Below, one piece after another: positions 1-8,938 of a stretch of DNA of 64,000 nucleotides. The notes below the pieces were generated by a model. It was not told the DNA's origin and did no database searches. It saw nothing but the letters and a program-made list of their open reading frames with translations. Position 1 is the first letter of the stretch. Each line of letters begins with the position of its first letter. The DNA is from Candidatus Latescibacterota bacterium (GTDB taxonomy: Bacteria > Latescibacterota > UBA2968 > UBA8231). The translations under genes were made by a program, and so were the position numbers. The stretch covers positions 4,224,001 through 4,288,000 of the forward strand of contig OZ253462.1 of assembly GCA_965261395.1 (NCBI GenBank). The letters are read 5' to 3'.

Positions 1-1977
1 TGGATCGGCCGCAGCGAAGGGGCGGAAGTGCTCTTCGATGTCCTCGATCCGCAAAGCGACGCGGTCGCCAGTCAGTTGCCCGTGTTCACGACCCGGCCCG
101 ACACGCTCTTTGGGGCGACCTTTATGGCCATTGCTCCGCAGCATCCGCTGGTGGATTCCGCCGAGGAATCCTACTTGGTTCCCAGCGCTTGGCCCGACGG
201 GACGCCTGAGCGGTGGAAGGGGGGAGGGCAGTCCATCCGGGAAGCCGTAGACCAGTACGTAGCGCAGGCTGCCGTCTCCACTGCGGATGAGACCAAGGGA
301 AAAACGGGCATCTTCTGCGGCATCTACGCCCGCAATCCAGTCAATGGACAAAAGATCCCCATTTTCGTCGCCGACTACGTCAGCATGGACTACGGCGAGG
401 GAGCGATTATGGCCGTACCGGCCCACGACGAACGCGATTTCGCCTTCGCCACGGCCTATAACTTGGATATCGTGCGGGTGGTTGACGGAGGGGAAAGGGA
501 GGCCGCAGGGTGGTATGCGGGGGAGGGAACCGCTATCAATTCACCTCCAGTACTGAAGGCGGACAGCGCGTCGGACGGCGGCGATAATCCATATGCCATC
601 ACCGGGTTGGCGACGGCCGCGGCCAAAGCCCAGATTGTCGCCGCACTTGCTGCTCAGGGGCGAGGTCAGGCGGCGATAAACTACAAACTGCGCGACTGGA
701 CCTTCGCTCGGCAGCGCTATTGGGGTGAACCTTTTCCGCTGGCCACGCATCCCGATGGATATTCTGTCGCGGTCGCCCCCCCGGTGGCGCTGCCGGATGT
801 AGAGGATTTCAGGCCGGATACCTCCGACGATCCCGCCCAACCCGTCTCACCGCCGCTGCACCGGGCCGGCCCGGAGTGGACGACGGTGGAAATTGATGGG
901 GTGGCCTGCCAGCGCGAACTCAACGTCATGCCCCAATGGGCCGGTTCTTGCTGGTACTATCTCCGCTTTATCGATCCCAACAACGAAGAAGCCTTCTGCG
1001 ACTCGGCTAAGGAGGGCTACTTCATGCCCGTTGATCTCTACATCGGTGGCGCTGAACACGCGGTGTTGCACTTGCTCTACGCCCGGTTTTGGCACAAGGC
1101 CCTCTACGACTTAGGCCACGTATCCACGCCCGAGCCGTTTAAGAAGCTGTTCAACCAAGGCATGATGACTGCGGATGCTTTTCAGGACGAGCGCGGCGTG
1201 TATATCGACATCCGCGAGGTCGAGTTCCGCGACGGGGAGCCTGTTGAGAAGGGGACGGGGAAGACGCTGCGCCGGTCTCCCGGCAAGATGGGCAAGCGCT
1301 ACAAAAACGGGTTGCCGCCCGAAGAAGTCGGCGAGGAATTTGGCGTGGATACCCTGCGGCTGTACGAAATGTACATGGGGCCGCTCGAAGCGAGTGCGCC
1401 GTGGAGCATGGAAGGCATTCGCGGGATGCAGCGCTTTTTGCAGCGCGTTTGGCGCAACTTTGTCGATTCGGATCGACATATAAAGATAGGGGAGAGTGCT
1501 GCGCTTGCGCTGGAGCTAGAACGCAAGCTGCATCAAACCATCCAAAAGGTAACCGATGACATAGAAGGGCTGCGGTTTAATACGGCTATTGCTGCCTTGA
1601 TCGAGCTAAACAACCAGTTGGTGCCCTTGGACGAGGTGCCGCAGGCTGTCGCCAAGCCCTCCTTGATCCTACTCGCGTCCTTTGCTCCGCATATTGCCGA
1701 GGAGCTATGGGATATGGCGGATTTTGGGAGGGGGGACCTCAGTCGCCAAAGCTGGCCGGAATGGGATGCAACCAAGGCCGCCGAGGACATGATCGTAGTG
1801 CCCATTCAGATCAATGGAAAAATGCGCGGACAAGTCGAAGTGCCGGTCCGCACTGGAGAGGACGCGATAAAGTCCTTGGTGCTCGACATGGAGAGCATCC
1901 AGAAATACGTGGCCGATGAGACGGCGATAAAGCGGTTTATATGGGTGCCGAATAAGATCGTCAATATTGTAGTGTAG
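1..1977 (+). CDS. leuS: Leucyl-tRNA synthetase (5' end outside window)
   Basis: Frame open from base 1 (WIGRSEG). Motifs FTTRPDTLFG, GAIMAVPAHDERD, RDW..RQRYWGEP, GGAEHAVLHLLYARFW, KMGKR (KMSKS-like), C-terminal VPNKIVNIVV. Confidence 0.97.
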   Translation, partial: WIGRSEGAEVLFDVLDPQSDAVASQLPVFTTRPDTLFGATFMAIAPQHPLVDSAEESYLVPSAWPDGTPERWKGGGQSIREAVDQYVAQAAVSTADETKGKTGIFCGIYARNPVNGQKIPIFVADYVSMDYGEGAIMAVPAHDERDFAFATAYNLDIVRVVDGGEREAAGWYAGEGTAINSPPVLKADSASDGGDNPYAITGLATAAAKAQIVAALAAQGRGQAAINYKLRDWTFARQRYWGEPFPLATHPDGYSVAVAPPVALPDVEDFRPDTSDDPAQPVSPPLHRAGPEWTTVEIDGVACQRELNVMPQWAGSCWYYLRFIDPNNEEAFCDSAKEGYFMPVDLYIGGAEHAVLHLLYARFWHKALYDLGHVSTPEPFKKLFNQGMMTADAFQDERGVYIDIREVEFRDGEPVEKGTGKTLRRSPGKMGKRYKNGLPPEEVGEEFGVDTLRLYEMYMGPLEASAPWSMEGIRGMQRFLQRVWRNFVDSDRHIKIGESAALALELERKLHQTIQKVTDDIEGLRFNTAIAALIELNNQLVPLDEVPQAVAKPSLILLASFAPHIAEELWDMADFGRGDLSRQSWPEWDATKAAEDMIVVPIQINGKMRGQVEVPVRTGEDAIKSLVLDMESIQKYVADETAIKRFIWVPNKIVNIVV

Positions 1978-1980
1978 GAA

Positions 1981-2007
1981 TCACGGACACTCATGAGGTG
2001 TCCGTGA
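1981..2007. terminator. Hairpin between convergent leuS and recombinase genes
   Basis: TCACGGACAC-N7-GTGTCCGTGA, perfect 10-bp stem. Confidence 0.6.
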
Positions 2008-2017
2008 AGAATCAAAA

Positions 2018-2046
2018 ATGTCTTATAAAATGTTAATATGTAAACA
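2018..2046 (+). repeat. dif-like site 1 (11-7-11)
   Basis: ATGTCTTATAA-AATGTTA-ATATGTAAACA; the same motif recurs at 5523, 11090 and 28547. Confidence 0.7.
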
Positions 2047-2081
2047 AAAGTAAAAAAGAATCAACAAACTAAAAAAAACCC

Positions 2082-3056
2082 TCAACTACCAATCCTAATA
2101 TAATCAGACGCATTATCGAGCAGCCTTTCGCGGTTCTCATAGTAGCGCATAGTCGTCTTTAGATCCTTGTGGCGCAAATGAGCTTGTACCTGTTGGGGCT
2201 TGGCTCCGCCTTCAATCGCCAGGGTGCAGCACGTGTGGCGGAACATGTGCGCGGTGACATTCTGGGGAAGGCCAGCGCGCAGGGCGTATTTCTTGACGAT
2301 GTGATTTACCGACTGGTCGGTCAGCGGCTGGCCGCGCGAATGGTTACGCGACAGGCTGATGAAGACCTTGCCGGTCGCCGGCAAACCCGCCACCTGTAGT
2401 TGTTGTTTGTATAGTTCGAGATGATGTAGGACGACGCTTTGTAGTTTGATCTCCTGCGCCACGCCCGATTTAGTCTGGGGCAGGTGCAGGATGTAAAAGA
2501 CGCCTTCTAAGGCTATATCCTCCCAGGCGACGCCCGCCACCTCGGAGCGGCGCAGCCCGCCGAAAGTGAGCAACTGAAAGATGGCCGCATCCCGCGTGCG
2601 GACCAAGTCGTCTTTTTCCTCGGCAATAGCTTGCTGCATCTTGTGCAACACCTGATTGGAAAGCGCTTTGCCGGCCAGCGTTTCGTCCACTTTGTAGCCG
2701 CGCACCAAGGTGGAGTCGGCGGGATTCTTCTCGATGTGGCCTAAGGCGACCAGCATCTTGAATAACGACTTCAGGCTGGACAATTTTCTGTTGATGCTGC
2801 TGCGCTTGTAGCCTTCGCTGGCGAGTTGGTTTCTAAAGGCGACCACGTGCTCAAAGGTGATTGACTGCAAGACGGCGAGCGACACGTCATTTAGTTCCAT
2901 GCCGATAGATGCAAAGAAATGCTGGAGATCGGCGTAATACGCACGTCGAGTGCGCTCGCTGAGCTGACCGCTGAGAAATTGTTCCAAAGGGTCGTCCGAG
3001 ACCAACGCTGGTGTTGGCGTCAGCCGGCGGACGACCGGATTGAGTGTTTCGCTCAT
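2082..3056 (-). CDS. Tyrosine recombinase, XerC/XerD-like
   Basis: N-terminal core-binding region (SERTRRAYYADL, SSINRKLSSLKSLF). Catalytic R (GLRRSE), K (TKSG), HxxR (HMFRH), H (LRH) and Y (TTMRY) all present. Confidence 0.93.
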   Translation of the reverse strand: MSETLNPVVRRLTPTPALVSDDPLEQFLSGQLSERTRRAYYADLQHFFASIGMELNDVSLAVLQSITFEHVVAFRNQLASEGYKRSSINRKLSSLKSLFKMLVALGHIEKNPADSTLVRGYKVDETLAGKALSNQVLHKMQQAIAEEKDDLVRTRDAAIFQLLTFGGLRRSEVAGVAWEDIALEGVFYILHLPQTKSGVAQEIKLQSVVLHHLELYKQQLQVAGLPATGKVFISLSRNHSRGQPLTDQSVNHIVKKYALRAGLPQNVTAHMFRHTCCTLAIEGGAKPQQVQAHLRHKDLKTTMRYYENRERLLDNASDYIRIGS

Positions 3057-3156
3057 AAATACTCGCTGGGGCTTAATTGGTATCTAATGTCCCAAATATA
3101 GCGAACATCGCGACATTTTGTTGCCGCATATCACAAGGGATTCGCCTAGTTTTTAG

Positions 3157-3184
3157 ACTATTGATAATGCCTGTTATCGTTAGT
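3157..3184. other. Near-palindromic 11-6-11 recombinase/dif-like site upstream of the recombinase
   Basis: ACTATTGATAA-TGCCTG-TTATCGTTAGT; arms 9/11 complementary, with ATAA-N6-TTAT core. Confidence 0.65.
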
Positions 3185-3207
3185 ATAATGACTAAATTAA
3201 TAAAGAA

Positions 3208-4974
3208 CTAGAATTTTCTCAATAGACGCTCCATATCGCTCAATTTCATCCTCGCCATGATCGGCTTGTCCGTCGGGCTTATGTGCGGCGAATCAACCTT
3301 TAGCAATTCGTTGATCAAGTGCTCCATTTCTTCGGCGTTCAGTTTCTGTCCCTTCTTGATGCTCGCTTTGCGCACGTAAGCCAAGACGAGTGCTTCGCGC
3401 CAAGATCGGCCCGAATGCTGGCCATCGCGCACATCGTTCAATAGTTGATAAAAAACATCGCCTTCGCCAAAGCGATCCAATTCCGCGGGCACCGCTTCCA
3501 CCAACACCGTCCGCACACCAAAATCCCGCACGGCAAAGCCCAGCTTGGCAATGTCAGCCCGCACTTGGTTGAAGATCGCAAAATCCGCTGCGCCCATTTC
3601 TAGCTGTATGGGAAAGAGCAACTGCTGACTTGTCTCGCCAAGGTGAGGTGAAGCGCCGGCCACGCCGGCCATTTGCGCCATCGCCCGATCGTAGTTGATG
3701 CGTTCGTGCGCGGCCTGCTGATCGACGAAGAGCAAGCCGTCGGCTACCTCGACGAGGATGTACTGGTTGTGGACCTGCCACATCGCGGCGTCTTCGGCTA
3801 AGGCGACTTTGGCCTCGGCCGAGGCCACGAAGGTCAGGGCAAGTTGGTCGTCTGCATCGTGGGTTGCTGTTACCTCGGGCTCGCTAGGCGTGGGCAAGCT
3901 GTGCAACGCCGGCGACGTCGGTTCGCCCACCCGGACCGGGACCGGCGCGACGCTCGCAGCACTGCTGTCATAGACAAAGGATTGCGTATCGGGCAGTCTG
4001 AGCTTCTGCCGGACGCTATTCTCAATGGCCGCGACAACCTGCCCTTCGTTGGCTAAGCGAATCTCCCGTTTTGTCGGATGGACGTTGACGTCGATTTTCT
4101 TGGGATCCATATCGATCCAGAGCATGAATACCGGATGATGGCCTTCGGGCAGCAGCCCCCCAAAGCAGCGCTGTACAGCACTGGCCATCAGCCGCGAATA
4201 AATGGGCCGCCCCTGAACGATGAGGTACTGCTTGCCCTTGCTCCGGCCGCAGTGCTCGGAGCCAGCCAAGACTCCTTCGATCTTGAGGCCCTCCTCCTCG
4301 TGAGCGAAATCCAACAGTTCGGTGACTGGAATGCCCAACAGCTCGGCCGCCCGCTCCCGACGAGATGCCGGGGCGTAGCTCAATACCTTGCGATCTTGGT
4401 GCTCTAATTCAAAGCTAAGGGCCGGATAGCTGGCGGCTAAATGGATAATGGTCTGTGCCACGTGGCGGGCTTCCGTATCAACGGGCCGGAGGAATTTTCG
4501 ACGGGCCGGCGTATTAAAGAACAGATTCTTCACCACGATGGTCGTGCCACGCGCTCGGCCCATACTGTGCATCTCTCGCTCTATCCCCCCTTCCACGACC
4601 AAGCGCGTCCCAACTTCGTCTTGCTGCGCACGCGATTCTATCGCCAAGTAGGCCACCGCCCCAATACTGGCTAGGGCCTCGCCGCGAAACCCCAGGGTCT
4701 GAATGTGAAACAGGTCGGCCACCGAGGCCATCTTGCTCGTGGCATGACGACGCGCGCACAGAGCAATATCCTCTCTGTTCATGCCCGAGCCATCGTCGGT
4801 TACGACAATTGACTGCTTGCCACCGGCCTTGATTTCTACGCGGATTTTAGCGGCACCCGCATCAATCGAGTTTTCGACCAATTCCTTCACGACCGAGGCT
4901 GGCCGTTCCACTACCTCACCGGCGGCAATTTTTCCAATGAGACTTTCGTCGAGAACGCGAATGGTACTCGTCAT
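3208..4974 (-). CDS. mutL: DNA mismatch repair protein MutL
   Basis: IAAGEVVERPASVVKELVENSIDAGA, HATSK, GFRGEAL, DVNVHPTKREI; C-terminal endonuclease motifs degenerate. Confidence 0.96.
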   Translation of the reverse strand: MTSTIRVLDESLIGKIAAGEVVERPASVVKELVENSIDAGAAKIRVEIKAGGKQSIVVTDDGSGMNREDIALCARRHATSKMASVADLFHIQTLGFRGEALASIGAVAYLAIESRAQQDEVGTRLVVEGGIEREMHSMGRARGTTIVVKNLFFNTPARRKFLRPVDTEARHVAQTIIHLAASYPALSFELEHQDRKVLSYAPASRRERAAELLGIPVTELLDFAHEEEGLKIEGVLAGSEHCGRSKGKQYLIVQGRPIYSRLMASAVQRCFGGLLPEGHHPVFMLWIDMDPKKIDVNVHPTKREIRLANEGQVVAAIENSVRQKLRLPDTQSFVYDSSAASVAPVPVRVGEPTSPALHSLPTPSEPEVTATHDADDQLALTFVASAEAKVALAEDAAMWQVHNQYILVEVADGLLFVDQQAAHERINYDRAMAQMAGVAGASPHLGETSQQLLFPIQLEMGAADFAIFNQVRADIAKLGFAVRDFGVRTVLVEAVPAELDRFGEGDVFYQLLNDVRDGQHSGRSWREALVLAYVRKASIKKGQKLNAEEMEHLINELLKVDSPHISPTDKPIMARMKLSDMERLLRKF

Positions 4975-4980
4975 TTATCC

Positions 4981-5505
4981 TCACAACTCGGCCCAGAGCC
5001 GCTCGGCCTGCTGCCGGAATTCGGCTTGGGTAATTTTGCCTTGTTTGAGCGCGGTTTCCAAGTCGCGCAAGCGGCGGCGCGGCCCTCCTCCCCCTTTGAC
5101 ATCCAGCCGTATTTGGGACCAGATGTGCCACCCCCCCACGCCGAGCAACAAGGCGATGAAGACCACCCCGCCCCACCACGAGTCATCTTGCTCTTGGTGT
5201 ACCGCTCCCCCCTTTTGTCGCCAATCTTCAGCCACGGCTGAGTCGGGCTCGGCTAGCGCGATCCGCTTGGCCATCGTCGCGCCGTTGGTCCCTTGGACGC
5301 GCACGGCCCTTTTGAGCTGCCAAGTAAATCCCCGGGGTTTCTCGATCAGATGCTCAATGAGATCGGCCTCTCTTATCTGATCGAACTGCTCTTTGGTAAC
5401 CGGCACGGCCATAGGGCCAAGCATATTGAACAGCAACACGATCGCCAATAAGAAAGATGCTAACGCAAGAGCGAAGTATGTGGGTGGAGTGGATGAGTTA
5501 TTCAT
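4981..5505 (-). CDS. Two-TM membrane protein with C-terminal SHOCT-like motif
   Basis: Two hydrophobic segments; LETALKQGKITQAEFRQQ resembles SHOCT. Confidence 0.65.
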   Translation of the reverse strand: MNNSSTPPTYFALALASFLLAIVLLFNMLGPMAVPVTKEQFDQIREADLIEHLIEKPRGFTWQLKRAVRVQGTNGATMAKRIALAEPDSAVAEDWRQKGGAVHQEQDDSWWGGVVFIALLLGVGGWHIWSQIRLDVKGGGGPRRRLRDLETALKQGKITQAEFRQQAERLWAEL

Positions 5506-5522
5506 TATTTGTTTTTTATTTT

Positions 5523-5550
5523 TATTTACATATTAAATTTTATAAGACAT
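5523..5550 (-). repeat. dif-like site 2 (11-6-11)
   Basis: Minus strand ATGTCTTATAA-AATTTA-ATATGTAAATA; inverted copy of site 1 with an identical left arm. Confidence 0.72.
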
Positions 5551-5551
5551 T

Positions 5552-6352
5552 TTATTTTACTTGCCTACGGTTCAAGACCGCGTCTTGTCTTGCCGACGTG
5601 CGCATCCATTCCAAGAGACGATAGCTTTCAGCGACTTGGTCCAAACCCACCAACGGTTGAGCACGTCCTTGGATACAGGCGACGAAATTGCGATAATACG
5701 CCGCCAGATCGTCCGCTTCCCATGCCCAAGGCCAAGACGTGTCGACTATCTCGTCCTGTGCATACGAGCTGATCCGCAAAGCTGGGGCCACAGCCGGAAA
5801 GTCCATGAGTGCGACCGAGCCTTCGACGCCGTTGCGCATTCTCAGCAACGCAACCGACACGTCCTCCATGCGCCCGGGGTGAAAGAAGTTGCGCATCCTG
5901 CTGTACAGCATATCTACCCGCCCCCAAGTGCTCAGCAACAGGTCGCATACGTCCAAGGCCGCTTGGTTACAGATCATCTCGCGGTCGATGGGATCGAATA
6001 GAGCAGAATCAAAAGAAAGCTCTAGTGAGTAATGCGCTACGCCCTGCTGAGCGGCCAAAGCCGTGCAAAAGTGCGTATGCCTCCCCCGTGAAAATACGCA
6101 CACATTGGGGTGGCTGTTTGCAAACGACTCCTGCACGGGATGGGTGGCCATGACGTGGAGACCGGCTGCCGTGGCAACGCCAATCCAATGCGACTTGTCC
6201 TCCACGTGTAACAGCACCAGCCCATCTATTTTTTGTTTTAAGATCGCGGCGCAATCGGCTTGGTGTACGAGTTGGATATTGCAGCAGCCCCGCAAGGCAT
6301 CCCGATGGACGGCTATCTCGCGGGCATGGCCTGCTACGCCGAGCGTCATCAT
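5552..6352 (-). CDS. Degenerate Gfo/Idh/MocA-like oxidoreductase
   Basis: AGLHVMATHP (cf. AGKHVLCEKP), EDVSVALLRMRNGVEGSV, NFVACIQG; coupled to hprK. Confidence 0.55.
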   Translation of the reverse strand: MMTLGVAGHAREIAVHRDALRGCCNIQLVHQADCAAILKQKIDGLVLLHVEDKSHWIGVATAAGLHVMATHPVQESFANSHPNVCVFSRGRHTHFCTALAAQQGVAHYSLELSFDSALFDPIDREMICNQAALDVCDLLLSTWGRVDMLYSRMRNFFHPGRMEDVSVALLRMRNGVEGSVALMDFPAVAPALRISSYAQDEIVDTSWPWAWEADDLAAYYRNFVACIQGRAQPLVGLDQVAESYRLLEWMRTSARQDAVLNRRQVK

Positions 6353-7290
6353 GGTTTTTTGCCCGTCTTAATTCGCTCCTGAAGCCTTTGGCTAAACGTC
6401 CGCGCTGCGTAATCCCCGTCCAAGCGCAAGAGATAATCTATCGCGATGGTCTCGGCGAGTACCGTAATATTTTTACCGGGAAACAGCGGTATGAAGACCT
6501 CGGGCACCTCAACGCCGAGGATTACCACCTTATTGTCTTCGATGCCAAGGCGTTCGTAGGCGTATTTTTCGTCCCAATCGACGAGGTTGACCAACACCTC
6601 CACTCGCTTCTGCCGCCGAGTCCTCCACGCACCAAACATCTTTTTTACATCTAGGATGCCGATGCCGCGAATTTCGATGTGGTCTTGGAGCATCTCCGAG
6701 CTGCGCCCCACCAAAATGCCTTGGGGCTTGCGATTGATGATGACCATATCGTCGGCCACCAACCGATGCCCGCGCTCGACCAAATCCAAGGCGACCTCGC
6801 TCTTGCCAATACCGCTGCGGCCGCGAAAGAGCAGCCCTACCCCAGAGACATCGACCAGCGTCCCATGTATGGACACTTGGGGCGCGAACACCTCGTCGAG
6901 ATAAAAGCGGATGAGATGAGTAAATTCGGCTGTGGTGAATCCGGACTTTAGCAGCGGGACTTCGCGCTCGTCGGCTAGCTCCCGCAGCTCGGAGTACAAG
7001 CGCCCCCGACCGGTCAAGACTACGCATGGAATATCGAATTGATACATGATTTCGAGCGCCTGCCGCCGTCGATCTGGGGATAAGCTGCGCAGGTACTCCG
7101 CTTCGGTATTGCCCAAAAGCTGCACTTGATCCAAGGTAAACAGCTCGACGAAGCCTGTCAGAGCCAAGCCGGGACGATGGATGTCGCTGCTGTTTATGGT
7201 CCGCTGTAGCCCCTCGGCACCGGCGATGAGCTTCAGCTGTAGTTGCTCCCCGTAGGTCGCTAGTAGATCCTTGATGGCCAGTTTACTCAT
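6349..7290 (-). CDS. hprK: HPr kinase/phosphorylase
   Basis: HRPGLALTG, HGTLVDV, GRSGIGKSEVALDLVERGHRLVADD, EIRGIGI. Confidence 0.96.
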   Translation of the reverse strand: MSKLAIKDLLATYGEQLQLKLIAGAEGLQRTINSSDIHRPGLALTGFVELFTLDQVQLLGNTEAEYLRSLSPDRRRQALEIMYQFDIPCVVLTGRGRLYSELRELADEREVPLLKSGFTTAEFTHLIRFYLDEVFAPQVSIHGTLVDVSGVGLLFRGRSGIGKSEVALDLVERGHRLVADDMVIINRKPQGILVGRSSEMLQDHIEIRGIGILDVKKMFGAWRTRRQKRVEVLVNLVDWDEKYAYERLGIEDNKVVILGVEVPEVFIPLFPGKNITVLAETIAIDYLLRLDGDYAARTFSQRLQERIKTGKKP

Positions 7291-8221
7291 CGCTACTCAA
7301 GCTTTCGAAAATGCGCCGGTATCCTTCGTAGCGCGCCGACGCCACTCGACCGGCTGCCACAGCCGCACGGACCGCGCAACCGGGTTCGTGCAAGTGGCTG
7401 CAATCGCCGAATTGGCACTGGCCATGCAGGGATTCTAGCTCGGGATAATACGCCGCTAGCTCAGCGGGTTTTACTCCCCACAAGCGGAGCTCTTTAACCC
7501 CTGGTGTATCAGCCACATAGCCGCCTTGTTGCAACTTGAACAAATGCACGACCGTCGTCGTGTGCCGGCCCCGGTCGTGGCGCTTCATTATTTCCCTTGT
7601 CTTGAGTCCCAACCCCGGCTCAATGCCGTTGAGCAAGGTCGATTTGCCGACCCCAGATTGGCCGACCACGGCCGTGCTGCGATTGATCAGGCCTTCTTTG
7701 AATGCACCCATGCCGTCGCCTCGTAGGGCACTGGTGCGATAGATTGGATAACCGAGGGCCTCATAGGGAGCGGTCAGGGTGTTCACGGCTGCTGGGGAGA
7801 CTAAATCGACCTTGTTGATGCAGACTACAGGCTGGAGATTTCCCTTTACGGCCATGACAATCGCTCGGTCGATAAAGCCTCGGCGAGGCTTCGGTTGGCA
7901 AGCGGCCACAACGACGACCAATTGCTCCATATTGACAAAGAGGATCTGCTCAAACGGGCGCCCCCCACTAGCTCCACGCGAGAACTTGGAAGATCGGGGA
8001 TGCACCGCTTCGATCACGCCCGTCCGTTCGGCTGTAGGCACCACCTCGACCCAGTCACCGGCGACAACCGGAGAGCTGGTCTTGCGGTAACCCGCCTTGA
8101 GACGGCCCCGAATCTCACATTGCCAGTGGATTCGCTCGACCTCGACGAGGCACTGTAGCCCAGAGACTCTGATGATGCGGCCCTGCATGCGCACCTGCTC
8201 TTGCCTACTCCCCTTTGGCAA
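7283..8221 (-). CDS. rsgA: Ribosome small subunit-dependent GTPase RsgA (true start may be 8188)
   Basis: NKVD, GQSGVGKST, GRHTTT, DTPG, and CQFGDCSHLHEPGC zinc site. Confidence 0.96.
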   Translation of the reverse strand: MPKGSRQEQVRMQGRIIRVSGLQCLVEVERIHWQCEIRGRLKAGYRKTSSPVVAGDWVEVVPTAERTGVIEAVHPRSSKFSRGASGGRPFEQILFVNMEQLVVVVAACQPKPRRGFIDRAIVMAVKGNLQPVVCINKVDLVSPAAVNTLTAPYEALGYPIYRTSALRGDGMGAFKEGLINRSTAVVGQSGVGKSTLLNGIEPGLGLKTREIMKRHDRGRHTTTVVHLFKLQQGGYVADTPGVKELRLWGVKPAELAAYYPELESLHGQCQFGDCSHLHEPGCAVRAAVAAGRVASARYEGYRRIFESLSSDE

Positions 8222-8927
8222 GGCGCTCGGCCAGGTAGTTGGGGTAGCCGAGGTTGTTAATCTTCTGTTGGGTTAGTTTGACTGGGTATTCGACACGCTG
8301 GAGTTCGACCCATTGCTCGTCTGTATCCCACAGGGTGTACGCCGACCGCCAGTCCCCATCGCGGGGTTGGCCGACACTGCCGACGGAGACCAAGTATTGG
8401 TGATCCCCTATGGCAGCCGTGGCCGAGGTCAGCAGCATGGGCTCGTCGTGCATCTTGCAGTAAATTCGTGCTTCGTGGGTGTGACCGACAAAAGCCAATG
8501 GCCACTTGAGATGGCTCATGCACCAAACGACGCGATCGTACATGAGGAGGGGTTCCCATTCTTCGGGCTTGAGGGGGTTGGCGTGGGACAGAGCCGCATT
8601 GCGCTCCACGCGCCGAAAGATCCCTTGCCGCAAAAAGTCGCATTCTTCCTCCCCCAATACCTCGCATGCCTGGTAGAGCGAAGGGCGGGCCAGCAGGTTA
8701 AAAGACTGGATGCGCACCGGCTCCAGCACAGCTTGGTCGTGGTTGCCCAGCACGATCTGCGCATCTACCTCCTTGAGCCGATAGATGCATCCCAACGGAT
8801 CGGGACCGTACCCCACGATATCCCCCAAGCAGATAATGCGCTCAGCACCGGCGTTGGCCGCAGCGATCAATACGGCCTCTAGCGCTTCGAGATTGGCGTG
8901 GATATCGGCGAGCACTGCGATCTTCAA
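8205..8927 (-). CDS. Metallophosphoesterase (calcineurin-like)
   Basis: DIHAN, GDIVGYG, GNHD, GHTH, GSVGQPRDG. Confidence 0.92.
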   Translation of the reverse strand: MKIAVLADIHANLEALEAVLIAAANAGAERIICLGDIVGYGPDPLGCIYRLKEVDAQIVLGNHDQAVLEPVRIQSFNLLARPSLYQACEVLGEEECDFLRQGIFRRVERNAALSHANPLKPEEWEPLLMYDRVVWCMSHLKWPLAFVGHTHEARIYCKMHDEPMLLTSATAAIGDHQYLVSVGSVGQPRDGDWRSAYTLWDTDEQWVELQRVEYPVKLTQQKINNLGYPNYLAERLAKGE

Positions 8928-8938
8928 AGGGCCCTGCC

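Noticed and set aside
2082-3056. Recombinase as a prophage/ICE integrase or integron integrase
   Set aside because: No adjacent mobile cargo or tRNA att site, no IntI-specific insertion before HxxR, and no attC-like cassettes.
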